DNA from: Actinomycetes bacterium
GTDB taxonomy: Bacteria; Actinomycetota; Acidimicrobiia; Acidimicrobiales; Aldehydirespiratoraceae
Direction of reading: 5' to 3'
Assembly (NCBI GenBank): GCA_024276495.1
Contig: JAJRXC010000013.1
Location: forward strand, 6,402-70,401
DNA: 64,000 nt
The notes beneath the pieces were generated by a model. It did not search any database and had not been told where the DNA came from. It saw only the letters and a list, made by a program, of their open reading frames with translations. Made by a program: the position numbers and the translations under genes. Of the stretch, positions 26,211 to 35,898 are shown piece by piece. Position 1 is the stretch's first letter; each line of letters begins with the position of its first letter.

Positions 26211-26254
26211 GAGTCAACCGCTGACTTCATCATCGGGTGTCGTAGGCTGGGCCG

Positions 26255-26884
26255 ATGACCGACACCGACGCGATCGAGGGTCGTCGCGACCGCAAGAAGC
26301 GCGAGACGCGGCAACGCCTCATCGACGCGGCCGCCACCCTGTTCGCGACCACGGGGTTCGCCGAAACCACCACCGTCGACATCGCTGAATCGGCCGACGT
26401 CGCCCAGCGAACCCTCTTTCGCCACTTCGCGACGAAAGAAGCGCTCCTCTACGGCGACATGGACGATCTCCGGATCGCCCTGCGGGCCGCCCTCGAATCC
26501 CGGCCCGGCGACGAACCCGTTCTCGAAGTCGTCCGCCAGGCGGTGTTGTCACTGGCCGACGACCACCAACGCAACGCCGACCGGCGACTGCTCCAGGCCC
26601 GTCTGGCCGCCGCGGTGCCGTCGGTGTCGGCCTACAGCCGCGCCGTCGTCCAGGCCAGCTGGGAACGCGAGATCATCAACGCCGTCGCCCTCCGCCTCGA
26701 CACCGACCCGATCGCCGACCCCCGGCCCGAGATCATCGCCGGCGCCGCGATGTCGGCTCTTCGGGTCGCCATCCGCCAATGGACCACGGGCGGCGGCCGA
26801 GCCGATTTCGTCGAGCTCGCCGACGGCGCGCTCTCCGCGATCGCCGACCTCACGTCACCCGGCGCCGGTTCGACCGACCACTAG
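26255..26884 (+). CDS. TetR/AcrR family transcriptional regulator
   Basis: 209-aa ORF with RKKRETRQRLIDAAATLFATTGFAETTVDIAESADVAQRTLFRHF. Confidence 0.85.
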   Translation: MTDTDAIEGRRDRKKRETRQRLIDAAATLFATTGFAETTTVDIAESADVAQRTLFRHFATKEALLYGDMDDLRIALRAALESRPGDEPVLEVVRQAVLSLADDHQRNADRRLLQARLAAAVPSVSAYSRAVVQASWEREIINAVALRLDTDPIADPRPEIIAGAAMSALRVAIRQWTTGGGRADFVELADGALSAIADLTSPGAGSTDH

Positions 26885-26895
26885 GGTCCTGCCCC

Positions 26896-27855
26896 ATGAA
26901 CCCACCCCTGATCGAACCCGTCTGGGCCACACTCGACCGCGGCGACACCACGCTCGAGGTGTGCCGTTGGGGCGAACCGACCACCCCGACCGTCGTGATC
27001 CTGATCGCCCACGGCGCGAGCGAGCACGCCGCCCGGTACACCCGCTTCGCGTCGCTGCTCGTCGACGACGGCGCGGTCGTCCACGGCATCGACCACCGGG
27101 GTCATGGTCGCAGCGCCGCCCTCCACGGCACCGCCGGCGTCGCCCGGCCCGGGGGCTGGAACGCGATGGTCGACGACATCGCCGCGCTGACCGAGCTCCT
27201 CCACGACCGGTATCCCGGCGTCCCCGTGGCCCTGTTCGGCCACAGCATGGGGTCGTTGCTCGCCCAACGGGTCCTGCAACGCCACGGCGATCTCTTCTTC
27301 GCGGCAGTCCTGTCCGGCACCTCGGGATCACTGGAGGGCGCGGCCGAACTCATCGCGTTGCTGCAGGAGATCGAGGCGGGTGAGGGAGCCGAGAAGCCGT
27401 CGGCGCTCTTCGCCGGGATGTTCGCCGGTTTCAACGAACCCTTCGCGGCCGGCGTCGACGACCCGACCGGCTTCGAGTGGCTGAGCCGCGATCGAGACGA
27501 GGTCGCCCGCTACGGGGCCGACCCGTGGTGTGGTGCGCCGCTCTCCAACGGTTTCGTCACCGACATGATCACCGGGATGTCCGAGATGTGGCAGCCCGAC
27601 CAGGAGGCGCGGATCCCCGAGGATCTTCCCATGATGTTGATCGCCGGGGACAACGACCCGGTCGGCGACCACGGGGTCTCGGTGCGCGAGCTGGCCGCAC
27701 GCTACGAAACGCTCGGGAAGGGCCCGGTGACCGTGCGGCTCTATCCCGACGCCCGCCACGAGCTGCTCAACGAGACGAACCGGGACGAGGTCCACGCTGA
27801 TCTCCGCGCCTGGTTCGCCGGCACCCTCCCGAGCGCAGCCGCCGGCGGAAGATGA
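26896..27855 (+). CDS. alpha/beta hydrolase (lysophospholipase / monoacylglycerol-lipase-like)
   Basis: Track ORF trimmed to ATG 26896. It has HGASEH, the nucleophile elbow GHSMGS, and a distal D/H (GDNDPV ... ARHELLNE). Confidence 0.75.
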   Translation: MNPPLIEPVWATLDRGDTTLEVCRWGEPTTPTVVILIAHGASEHAARYTRFASLLVDDGAVVHGIDHRGHGRSAALHGTAGVARPGGWNAMVDDIAALTELLHDRYPGVPVALFGHSMGSLLAQRVLQRHGDLFFAAVLSGTSGSLEGAAELIALLQEIEAGEGAEKPSALFAGMFAGFNEPFAAGVDDPTGFEWLSRDRDEVARYGADPWCGAPLSNGFVTDMITGMSEMWQPDQEARIPEDLPMMLIAGDNDPVGDHGVSVRELAARYETLGKGPVTVRLYPDARHELLNETNRDEVHADLRAWFAGTLPSAAAGGR

Positions 27856-27856
27856 C

Positions 27857-28711
27857 GTGTTCATGACGAAGCTCGCAACGGGGCGCGCGGATCTTGCCAC
27901 GCGCGGTGACGGCTGCCACGATGAGCGAATGGCCCACCGCCCCCATCCGATTCTGGCGCTGCTCGAGCTGCGGGCATCGACGGAGCTCGGCGCGTTCGCC
28001 ATGACCGCACCGGCGCTGGCCGGACTCCTGCCCCGCGGCGATGGTCGAACGGTGCTGGTGCTCCCCGGCTTCATGGCCGGCGACGGCAGCACCCTCCCAC
28101 TGCGGACCCTCCTCGGCTCGATCGGCTACGACGCGCGGGGCTGGGGCCTGGGCCGAAACCTCGGTCCGACCGGCGACATCCTCGACGGGCTCGTCGCCCT
28201 GCTCGACCGCCTCGACCGTGACAACGGACCGATCGACATCGTCGGCTGGTCACTCGGTGGTCTCTTCGGCCGCGAGCTGGCCCGCCTCGCCCCCGACACC
28301 GTCGGGCAGGTGATCACACTCGGCAGCCCCTTCCAGACCATCGGGCCGGACCAGTCCAACGCCCGGGCCGCGTTCACGGCGCTGCGTCACCGCCACACCG
28401 CGGAGATGATCGAGAACCGGATGCCGTGTTGGGCCCGTGAACCGATCCCCGTGCCGTCGACATCGATCTACACGAAGACCGACGGGGTCGTGAACTGGCA
28501 TCAATGCCTCAACCGGGATCTGCCCCGGGTCGAGAACGTCGAGGTCTACGGCAGCCACTGCGGCCTCGGGTTCAACCCGGCCGCCACCTATGTCGTCGCC
28601 GACCGCCTGGCCCAGGACCGGGATCGCTGGCGACCGTTCAAGGCGCCATTCGCGCTCCGGGGCCTCTACCCCCGGCCAGTCGACTTCGACACCCGCCTCG
28701 CCGCGGCCTGA
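27857..28711 (+). CDS. alpha/beta hydrolase
   Basis: 284-aa ORF with the nucleophile elbow GWSLGG and distal DGVV ... GSHCGL. The start may be ATG 27863. Confidence 0.7.
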   Translation: MFMTKLATGRADLATRGDGCHDERMAHRPHPILALLELRASTELGAFAMTAPALAGLLPRGDGRTVLVLPGFMAGDGSTLPLRTLLGSIGYDARGWGLGRNLGPTGDILDGLVALLDRLDRDNGPIDIVGWSLGGLFGRELARLAPDTVGQVITLGSPFQTIGPDQSNARAAFTALRHRHTAEMIENRMPCWAREPIPVPSTSIYTKTDGVVNWHQCLNRDLPRVENVEVYGSHCGLGFNPAATYVVADRLAQDRDRWRPFKAPFALRGLYPRPVDFDTRLAAA

Positions 28712-28713
28712 GC

Positions 28714-29139
28714 TCACCGGGCAGGCCCGCCGGCGGACCAACTCAGCACCGAAGCCGCTTCTGCGACGTCGATCGCGTCGGCTTGGCGCCGGTACGCCAC
28801 CGCGGCCCGATCGAGCGCCTCGGCTTCACGTTCGAGGGCGGCGCGGGTCTCCCGAGCTCCCTCCCGCGCCCGACCGATCATCAGCGCCACCCCCCGCTGG
28901 AGCTCGTCTCGGCTGCGGCGGGCCGCGGCCGAATCCCAGATCTCCGCCCTGTGCAGCGCGAGCGCGGCCTCGATCCGTTCACCGATCGCGGCGCGCCGAA
29001 CCTCGATGGCGAACGCGACACCGCGTGCCTCGGCGGCCCGTCGAGCCGCGGACCGGGCACTGGCCCGGAGTCCGTCGGCGGTGGCAATGGATTCCCGAAT
29101 GACCACGGAGGCTCCGATCTGTCGTGGACCCTGATTCAA
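28714..29139 (-). CDS. hypothetical Ala/Arg/Glu-rich helical protein
   Basis: 141-aa ORF (TTG start in the track; an internal GTG is possible). It fills an otherwise 450-bp gap, and codon third positions are mostly G/C. I recognise no family. Confidence 0.4.
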   Translation of the reverse strand: MNQGPRQIGASVVIRESIATADGLRASARSAARRAAEARGVAFAIEVRRAAIGERIEAALALHRAEIWDSAAARRSRDELQRGVALMIGRAREGARETRAALEREAEALDRAAVAYRRQADAIDVAEAASVLSWSAGGPAR

Positions 29140-29163
29140 TCACATGAAACCAATCGGAACATC

Positions 29164-30270
29164 ATGAAATCTTCCCGACGGCCGGAGCGGGGCCCGCGGG
29201 GGCGATACGTTCGGCCCATGGCCGCGCTCCCCCCGCCGATCGTCCGACGTCCGATCAGCCTCACCCTCGTCACCCTCGCGCTGGCCGGCACCCTCGCGCT
29301 GAGCGTGATCGTCGTCCCGCTCCTCTCGCTCGTCGACTTCGCGTCCCGCTCACCGCTGCGTCGGGTCCGGCTGTGGTGCCTGCTCACCGGGGTGCTCGCG
29401 GTCGAGCTCAGCGCCGCGGTCGTCGGGATCGTGTTGTTGACCTGGCACGTCGGTCGGGTCGACGGCGATCGTGCCCAACGCCGTCTCCATGGCCTCGAGC
29501 AATGGTGGGCGGCCCGACACGCCGGGAACTTTCGCCGGTTCGCGGGGCTGCGCTGGAACGTCGAGAACCCCGAGGAGCTCCGACACGCCGACGCGATCGT
29601 GCTCGCCCGCCACGCAAGCCACGCCGATGCCCTCCTGCCCCTGATCCTGTTCGGCAACATGGGCGGGCACCGTCTGCTCTACACACTGAAGGAAGAGCTG
29701 CAGTGGGCCCCCGCGATGGACATCGTCGGGAATCGGCTTCCCAACGTGTTCGTCAACCGCACGCCCGGTCCCGATTCGGCGCTCGAGGACCGCATCGAAG
29801 CTCTGGCCACCCTCGTCGACGACGACCATGTCGCCGTCATCTTCCCCGAGGGAACCTTCTTCACCCCGCAACGACTCGAACGGGCCGCCACCCGCATCGC
29901 CGAGACCCGGCCCGACCTCGAAGCCGCGGCCCGATCACTGCGTCACCTTCTCCCCCCTCGACCGGCCGGAACGAACTCGTTGCTGCGCGGAGCACCGACC
30001 GCGGATCTCGTGCTCGTCGCGCACGTCGGGATGGAGGAGTTCGGCGACCTCGCCGCGATCCGCCGAAACCTGCCGCTCGCCGAACCGGTCCGGGTTCGTC
30101 TCTGGCGGATCCCCCGCGGCGACGTACCGGTCGACGAGGACGAGTTCGTCGAATGGCTCCTCGCCCGGTGGATCGATGTCGACCGATGGATCGAGACCCG
30201 CGCCGGTGAGCAACGAGATCGCGCCTCGGCGGCCGCGCCGGGCCCCGACCGGACGGGGGCCGGTCCATGA
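29164..30270 (+). CDS. PlsC-type (lysophospholipid) acyltransferase, membrane-anchored
   Basis: Track ORF 28504..30270 trimmed to ATG 29164 (alternative 29218). It has TM helices, ARHASHADA (HxxxxD) and IFPEGT. Confidence 0.75.
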   Translation: MKSSRRPERGPRGRYVRPMAALPPPIVRRPISLTLVTLALAGTLALSVIVVPLLSLVDFASRSPLRRVRLWCLLTGVLAVELSAAVVGIVLLTWHVGRVDGDRAQRRLHGLEQWWAARHAGNFRRFAGLRWNVENPEELRHADAIVLARHASHADALLPLILFGNMGGHRLLYTLKEELQWAPAMDIVGNRLPNVFVNRTPGPDSALEDRIEALATLVDDDHVAVIFPEGTFFTPQRLERAATRIAETRPDLEAAARSLRHLLPPRPAGTNSLLRGAPTADLVLVAHVGMEEFGDLAAIRRNLPLAEPVRVRLWRIPRGDVPVDEDEFVEWLLARWIDVDRWIETRAGEQRDRASAAAPGPDRTGAGP

Positions 30271-30905
30271 GCGGCCATGACGACGTGATCTCGAGCGTCG
30301 TCGTGGCGATCATCGTCTTGATCGTGCTCGCGTGGTCGTGGAGCCTGGTCCGCCGCCGTCACGACCTCGGGATCGTCTGGGCGCTCGGCGTCGTGGCCGT
30401 CGCCTGGATGGCGTGGTGGGTCGGCGACGGTGATCGCGGCCGCCGCGACCTTCTCACTGCGATGGTCACCCTCTGGGGGCTGCGCCGAACCGTCCATCTG
30501 TGGCGTTGGACTCGACTCGACGGTTCGCCGCCCGGCGACGAGCCGACGGCGCGATCGCTTCTCACCCGGTTCGCGCCACTGGGTCTGTTCATGTTCATCG
30601 TCACCTTGCCGGTGCAGGTCGCGGCCACACCCCGCACACCCATGATCGGCTGGCCGGCGGTGGCGGGTGCCGCTCTGTGGGGCATCGGGTTCTTCCTCGA
30701 GACCGTCGGCGATGCCGAACCCGACCGGGGATTGTGGCGTCTCGTCCCCCATCCACCCCGAATCGGCGAGATCTGCGTCTGGTGGGGCATGTTCGTCGTC
30801 GCGGCGGAGACCGCCGACGCCCGGGGCACCGTCGTGGCCCCGATTCTCATGACGATCGTCTTGACCCGGCACCAGTCGTTCTTCGCTCGTCGCCCCCTAC
30901 CGTGA
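30267..30905 (+). CDS. polytopic membrane protein, DUF1295 / steroid-5-alpha-reductase-like (divergent)
   Basis: 212-aa ORF with an ATGA overlap with the previous gene. TLWGLRRTVHLWRW and GLWRLVPHPPRIGEICVWWGMF resemble the LWG.RL and RHPNYFGE..WWG motifs but are degenerate. Confidence 0.5.
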   Translation: MSGHDDVISSVVVAIIVLIVLAWSWSLVRRRHDLGIVWALGVVAVAWMAWWVGDGDRGRRDLLTAMVTLWGLRRTVHLWRWTRLDGSPPGDEPTARSLLTRFAPLGLFMFIVTLPVQVAATPRTPMIGWPAVAGAALWGIGFFLETVGDAEPDRGLWRLVPHPPRIGEICVWWGMFVVAAETADARGTVVAPILMTIVLTRHQSFFARRPLP

Positions 30906-30911
30906 ACGCCG

Positions 30912-31694
30912 ATGTCCTCTGATCCTCCCGCCGTCGACGCGGCCACCGTTGCCGCCGCGGTCGACATCGCCCGAGCGGCCGGCGCCCGGAGCCTCGACTG
31001 GTACAACCATCCGGACCTCGCGGTCGACACGAAAGGGGACGGGTCTCCCGTCACCGCCGCCGACCTCGCCGCCGAGACGCTCATGCGGGCCCGCCTGGCG
31101 GTCGAGTTCCCCGACGACGCGGTGGTCGGTGAGGAACACCGGGACACGCCGGGAACGAGTGGTCGGACGTGGGTGATCGATCCGATCGACGGCACCAAGG
31201 CCTTCACGAAGGGGGTTCCCCTCTACGCCAACCTGATCGCCCTCGTCGACGAGCACGGTCCGGCCGTCGGGGTGATCAACCTGCCGGCGTTGGGCGAGAC
31301 GATCTGGGCCGGCCGCGGACTCGGCGCGTTCCACAACGGCGATCGCTGCCGGGTCAGCGACCGTTCCTCACTCGACGGCAGCTATGTGTGCACGAGCGGG
31401 TTCGGCTACTGGGATCCCGACGATCTCCGCGCCGTGCTCGACAGCCCGGTGGTGTTTCGGACCTGGGGTGACGCCTACGGCTACGCCCTGGTCGCGACCG
31501 GCCGCGCCGAGGCGATGATCGATCCCCTCGCCAACCCCTGGGATGTCGCGCCGATGGCGGTGATCATCCCCGAAGCCGGCGGCCGCTACACGACCTACGT
31601 CGGTGACGACTCCGTCGACGGCTGGAAGACCGGTTCCGGCGTCGGGACCAACGGCGCCATCCACGCCGAGTTGCTCGACCTCTGGGCCCCCTGA
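30912..31694 (+). CDS. inositol monophosphatase family protein (possibly histidinol-phosphatase HisN-type)
   Basis: 260-aa ORF with EE...WVIDPIDGTKAF and WDVAP motifs. Confidence 0.8.
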   Translation: MSSDPPAVDAATVAAAVDIARAAGARSLDWYNHPDLAVDTKGDGSPVTAADLAAETLMRARLAVEFPDDAVVGEEHRDTPGTSGRTWVIDPIDGTKAFTKGVPLYANLIALVDEHGPAVGVINLPALGETIWAGRGLGAFHNGDRCRVSDRSSLDGSYVCTSGFGYWDPDDLRAVLDSPVVFRTWGDAYGYALVATGRAEAMIDPLANPWDVAPMAVIIPEAGGRYTTYVGDDSVDGWKTGSGVGTNGAIHAELLDLWAP

Positions 31695-31695
31695 G

Positions 31696-32643
31696 TCAGC
31701 GCAAGCCGACGATGGCGGGGGCGTCGCTCTCGATCAGGTTGATCAGTTCCATGCGGTCGGCGAAGGCCGACGCCTCGGAGATCCCCTTGGCGTAGGTGGC
31801 CTTGCGGCGTGCGACCCGACCGGTCACCTCGCAGGGGTCGGGGGTGTCCGACACGTACTGGGCCTCGATGCCTTCCTGGAGCATGAGCAGCGACTCCGAG
31901 CGGAGCTGGCTGATGCGGGATTCGGTCACGCCGAGGAAGTCGGCGAGATCCTGGGAGGTTCGACCTTCGAGGAAGTAGCCGACGACGACCAGTCGATGGC
32001 GTTCCGGAAGAAGGGAGATCGCGTCACGGAGATAGCCGTGGAGCTCGCGGGTCTCGAGCTCAGCGGACGGTTCGACCGAGTTCTCGTCGACGAGCACGTC
32101 GACGAGAGTCAGGTCCTTCTCGACGTCGTCGGCCGTCTCGTGTTCGAGCGCCAACACGACCGAGCGGAACATCCGGTCCTGGAGGCGAGCCAGCTCACTT
32201 TGGGTCATGCCGAGCGCCTCCGACATCTCTTCTTTGGTCGGCACCCGACCGAGCTCGGTGGCGAGCCGCTGTTCGGCACCCTCGAGCTTGCGAGCCAGGT
32301 TGCGGACCGAGCGCGGAGCCCAGTCGGCGGCGCGCACCGCGTCGAGGATGGCACCCCGGATCCGCTGCGCGGCGAAACGATCGAAGGGCACACCCCGGTC
32401 CTCGTCGTAGCGGCGGGCCGCTTCGACCAGGCCGAGCGCACCGGCGCGGGCCAGTTCGTCACGGTCGACGTGGCGGGGGAAGTGCACGGCGACCTGGAAG
32501 ACGATGTGCTTCACGAGCGGCAGATTGGCCTCGATCATCTCGGCCAGTTCCGGCTCCATCGAACCTGCGCCCTGGGCCGGCCGTACCCGTCGTCGGCTTG
32601 CCCGAGTGCTTCGTGTCCTTGGTTCCGTATCGCCCTTGTTCAT
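31696..32643 (-). CDS. group-3 sigma-70 family factor (FliA/WhiG-like)
   Basis: 315-aa ORF. It has LVKHIV...ELARAGALGLVEAARRYDEDRGVPFDRFAAQRIRGAILD (region 2), region 3, and a region 4.2 HTH (TSQDLADFLGVTESRISQLRSESL). There is a basic N-terminal extension and about 55 extra C-terminal residues. Confidence 0.75.
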   Translation of the reverse strand: MNKGDTEPRTRSTRASRRRVRPAQGAGSMEPELAEMIEANLPLVKHIVFQVAVHFPRHVDRDELARAGALGLVEAARRYDEDRGVPFDRFAAQRIRGAILDAVRAADWAPRSVRNLARKLEGAEQRLATELGRVPTKEEMSEALGMTQSELARLQDRMFRSVVLALEHETADDVEKDLTLVDVLVDENSVEPSAELETRELHGYLRDAISLLPERHRLVVVGYFLEGRTSQDLADFLGVTESRISQLRSESLLMLQEGIEAQYVSDTPDPCEVTGRVARRKATYAKGISEASAFADRMELINLIESDAPAIVGLR

Positions 32644-32790
32644 CGCCCCGGATCTCCCTCATCGAGTTCGAAGGCAGCGGTGGTGCCGCACTTCTTCCAG
32701 CGGAGATGGTTTCGGCGCATCGCGCGACGGCCTTTAGCGATTTCTCGAAAAATGTTTCGAACGGCCTATCAAGTCGGGCGTTGAGGGAAC

Positions 32791-33825
32791 CTACGGCAGG
32801 TTCACGGTCGGACTTGACGAGCTGGTGGCTGCCGGCGCGAAGAAGGTGGTGTCACCCTCGAATCGCATGCCGCGCACGCCTCGGTCGCCCACCGCTTTGA
32901 GAAGTCTGAGGGGTTCGCCGATGCCGGCCAGTCCGTAGGCGCCGGCCGGCGCGTGTCCCGCCAGGACGTGCAGCATCGTGCAGGCGGCCACCGCACCCGC
33001 GGCGACGGCGGGTCGTTCGACGGAACCGACCACGATCACCCGCCGTTCGATGCCGACCCGACCCCGCAGCTCGACCCGTACGGCACCGATGCCACCTTCG
33101 GCCGGCGGCGGCCGCAGCATCGGCAGTGGGGCGGTGAGCCGGTCGCGGCGGGTCGCCGCGCGTCGGGCGGTCACCCGTTCGATTCCCGGGAACTCGGGGA
33201 CCAGCAACAAGGCGTCGGGAAGACCGGCCCGGTAGCAGTCTCGGCCGCCGATCGGATCGGGAAAATAGGCCAACTCCCGTCCCGAGCCGCCGGCCCGCCG
33301 AACCCACTGGCCGTCACGCCAGTCGAGTCCGATCGAGGAAAGAGCCCGGTGATGTTGACGGGCACAGGCCGGGCCACCGGTACCGACCTTCGCGACATGG
33401 ATCTCATCGACCTTATCGAGCTCCTCCGATGCGTGCCGGGCCAACAACCCGGTCAGCCCCGGCATGAACCCGGCCCCAATCACGACCGGGATGCCACGGT
33501 CGCGAGCCGGCTGGTCCAACGTGAGGAGGCGCCGAACCTCCGACATCTGGTTGGAGGTGGCGACGACGGGAATCCCCTGCCGCACCGCCCGCCGGGCGAT
33601 CGCGGCCTGCGAGCCGGCCGGGGTGGCGACGACGACACCGGTCGTGTCGTCGACGAGTCGACGGCCGACGCCGATCTCGGTTCCGGCGCCGAGCGTGTCG
33701 ACCAGTCGCCGTGCCCGGTCCGCCTGCTGGTCGCGGATCTCGACACAGGCGACCAGTCCACTCGAACGCAACTGGCGGGCCACTCGAGCGCCGGTCGCGC
33801 CGGCCCCGAACAGCACGACTCTCAT
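32791..33825 (-). CDS. saccharopine-dehydrogenase-like NAD(P)-binding protein
   Basis: 344-aa ORF. It has an N-terminal Rossmann fold (MRVVLFGAGATGARVARQL). The family call is tentative. Confidence 0.55.
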   Translation of the reverse strand: MRVVLFGAGATGARVARQLRSSGLVACVEIRDQQADRARRLVDTLGAGTEIGVGRRLVDDTTGVVVATPAGSQAAIARRAVRQGIPVVATSNQMSEVRRLLTLDQPARDRGIPVVIGAGFMPGLTGLLARHASEELDKVDEIHVAKVGTGGPACARQHHRALSSIGLDWRDGQWVRRAGGSGRELAYFPDPIGGRDCYRAGLPDALLLVPEFPGIERVTARRAATRRDRLTAPLPMLRPPPAEGGIGAVRVELRGRVGIERRVIVVGSVERPAVAAGAVAACTMLHVLAGHAPAGAYGLAGIGEPLRLLKAVGDRGVRGMRFEGDTTFFAPAATSSSSPTVNLP

Positions 33826-33849
33826 GATCTCGACATCACGATCACTGCG

Positions 33850-34005
33850 TCATCGCAGGTCGTCGCCGGACAGTTCTCGCCATCCGCCTTTTTGGGGGGG
33901 AACGCCGCCGCTTCCCCGAACCCGGATCGCCGCTGCAACCGAGACACCGGCGAAGAGCGCGACCATGGCCCGTCGGAAGAGGGTGAGCAGACCACGACCG
34001 CCCAT
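33850..34005 (-). CDS. small hypothetical membrane protein (51 aa)
   Basis: Track ORF 33850..34035 trimmed to ATG 34005, which has a GGGAGAG RBS 5 nt upstream. It has one hydrophobic segment (LLTLFRRAMVALFAGVSVAAAI) and ends 25 nt before the next gene. Confidence 0.35.
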   Translation of the reverse strand: MGGRGLLTLFRRAMVALFAGVSVAAAIRVRGSGGVPPQKGGWRELSGDDLR

Positions 34006-34039
34006 TTGACTCTCCCGTCGTCTCGGCCACGGCACGGCG

Positions 34040-34113
<74 letters not shown>

Positions 34114-34164
34114 GTGAGGCGCTCACGCTACCGGTGCGTCCGAGCGGTCGCCAACGTCGTGCGG

Positions 34165-34953
34165 TCAGGCGGGAGTCTCCTCGGAGGCCTGGGTGTCGGC
34201 CGTGGGGAGAAGGGGCACGTCGGCACCCGGAGCCCCGTCGGCCAGATCGGTGTCGGTCGCGAGCTGAGGCCCCGACGGGAACTCCGTCGCCTCCGCCGGC
34301 ACCGGTGCGGCTTCACCGATCGCGGTCGGGGCCGGTGGCGCCACCACCGGACGTGGACCGTGGCGGGGGCGGGTGCGCTTCGGGCGGGGACGTGCGGTCT
34401 CCTCTTCGACCACGGTGAACCGTACGCCGCCGGTGACGTCGCTGATCAGGTTGAACAGCACCGCCATCAAAACGGTGAACCCGGACCCGGCCACGACGAT
34501 GACCAGGCCCCCGATCGCACCGGCCCGGAAGATCTCGTCGGCGTTGAACTCGAAGCTCTCGAGGGCGAAGAGCTCCTTCACGAAGTTCTCCACATTGTCG
34601 ATCGTGCCGGACCCCACTGCGAAGCTCCAGAGGATCACCCCGGCGATCAACAGGATCACCCAGAGGCAGAAGTAGAAGAGCAGGGATACCTTCAGCACCG
34701 ACCACGGCTCAACGTGACGAACCAGCCGGCGGACCTTGCGGGCCCGGAGCCGCCCGGCGACCCGGCGATCGCGATAGCTCGGGCGTGGCGCCTTGGCCCC
34801 CGGGGGGATTCCCGGAAGGGTGCCGGCAACGGCTGCGGGCGCGACACCATTGGACGACTCGGCCGTCTCGACCGGTTCGTCACCGGGCAACACAAGTTCC
34901 TCGCCGCTCGCGAGCTGAAAGGTTGCGTCGTCTGGTTCGGATCGCTCACTCAT
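34165..34953 (-). CDS. DUF3566-type transmembrane protein (Rv0007-like)
   Basis: 262-aa ORF. It has RRLVRHVEPWSVLKVSLLFYFCLWVILLIAGVILW and a position next to tRNA-Ile downstream of the gyrase genes, as in mycobacteria. Confidence 0.75.
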   Translation of the reverse strand: MSERSEPDDATFQLASGEELVLPGDEPVETAESSNGVAPAAVAGTLPGIPPGAKAPRPSYRDRRVAGRLRARKVRRLVRHVEPWSVLKVSLLFYFCLWVILLIAGVILWSFAVGSGTIDNVENFVKELFALESFEFNADEIFRAGAIGGLVIVVAGSGFTVLMAVLFNLISDVTGGVRFTVVEEETARPRPKRTRPRHGPRPVVAPPAPTAIGEAAPVPAEATEFPSGPQLATDTDLADGAPGADVPLLPTADTQASEETPA

Positions 34954-35034
34954 GATGTGGGGCCGCCCCTGTCACCGATGGATGGGAGCACCGAGAAAGT
35001 GTACGGGACGAACCCGCCGAGAACGCCCCACCCC

Positions 35035-35862
35035 TCACAAGTGTCGGAGCCACCGCACCAGTGCAGCCCTCACGACATCGAGACTCTTGTACTCGGCAAC
35101 GTCGATCGGCATGGTCTCGAGCGCGGTCGCGAGCGCCGATCGAGGGATGTGATCGACGACATCTCGCAATGGCCAGACGTGGATGCGGATGGCGAAGACG
35201 ATCGCATCGTGATCGACGAGGCGGCGGAGGCTCTGTCGTTCCACCCGCATGAACAACTCACGACCGGGATCCGTCGGCGCAACGACGGTTCCGGCATCGC
35301 CCGGGTCGAGTCGACGACTCGGGTCACCGACGATCGACCAGTTCGGTCTCCACACCAGCGACCCGGCGGCCATGCGGTCGAAGAAGCGATCGACCCGGGC
35401 ACCGATCTCATCGGCGTACCGGGGAACGGGTGCGTGGATGGCCGACAACGACCCGCCCAGCTTGGTTCGCAGCGTCCACCGGGTCGGGAAGCACACCGAA
35501 CCCGCGGTCAGGATCCAATCGCTCCCCTGCCGCTCCAACAAGCAGAGGTCCTCCTGGACGGATCGTCCGGCCCGGTCGATCGGATGGTCACCGTCCGGCG
35601 CCGGGGAGAGCCCCCGATCGGACAGGGCGGACTCGACCAACGCGAGGACCTCGGCGCCGGCCGCCGCCGACCCGGCCATCCATCCGGTCATCTCCTCGGG
35701 CCGCACCGCGATCAACGCCGCCTTCTCGGCGAGGTCGGCAGTGCGGGCGTCGTCGGGCTGGAGCCAGCGATCCCGGGGCAGGACCCGGGTTCCGATTCGC
35801 CAACGGAACGGCCCGGTCGGGAAAAGGGAGTGGTCGACGACTTCGGGAAACGTGAGGGGCAC
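35035..35862 (-). CDS. DUF3445 family protein (heme-dependent oxidative N-demethylase alpha-subunit-like)
   Basis: 275-aa ORF. VCFPTRWTLRTKLGGSLSAIHAPVP matches the remembered DUF3445 core (cFPs.W....K.G.sl..IH.PVP). Confidence 0.6.
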   Translation of the reverse strand: MPLTFPEVVDHSLFPTGPFRWRIGTRVLPRDRWLQPDDARTADLAEKAALIAVRPEEMTGWMAGSAAAGAEVLALVESALSDRGLSPAPDGDHPIDRAGRSVQEDLCLLERQGSDWILTAGSVCFPTRWTLRTKLGGSLSAIHAPVPRYADEIGARVDRFFDRMAAGSLVWRPNWSIVGDPSRRLDPGDAGTVVAPTDPGRELFMRVERQSLRRLVDHDAIVFAIRIHVWPLRDVVDHIPRSALATALETMPIDVAEYKSLDVVRAALVRWLRHL

Positions 35863-35898
35863 GCCGCGAGTGTCGCATCCCGTGAGCTCCCGGCCAGA

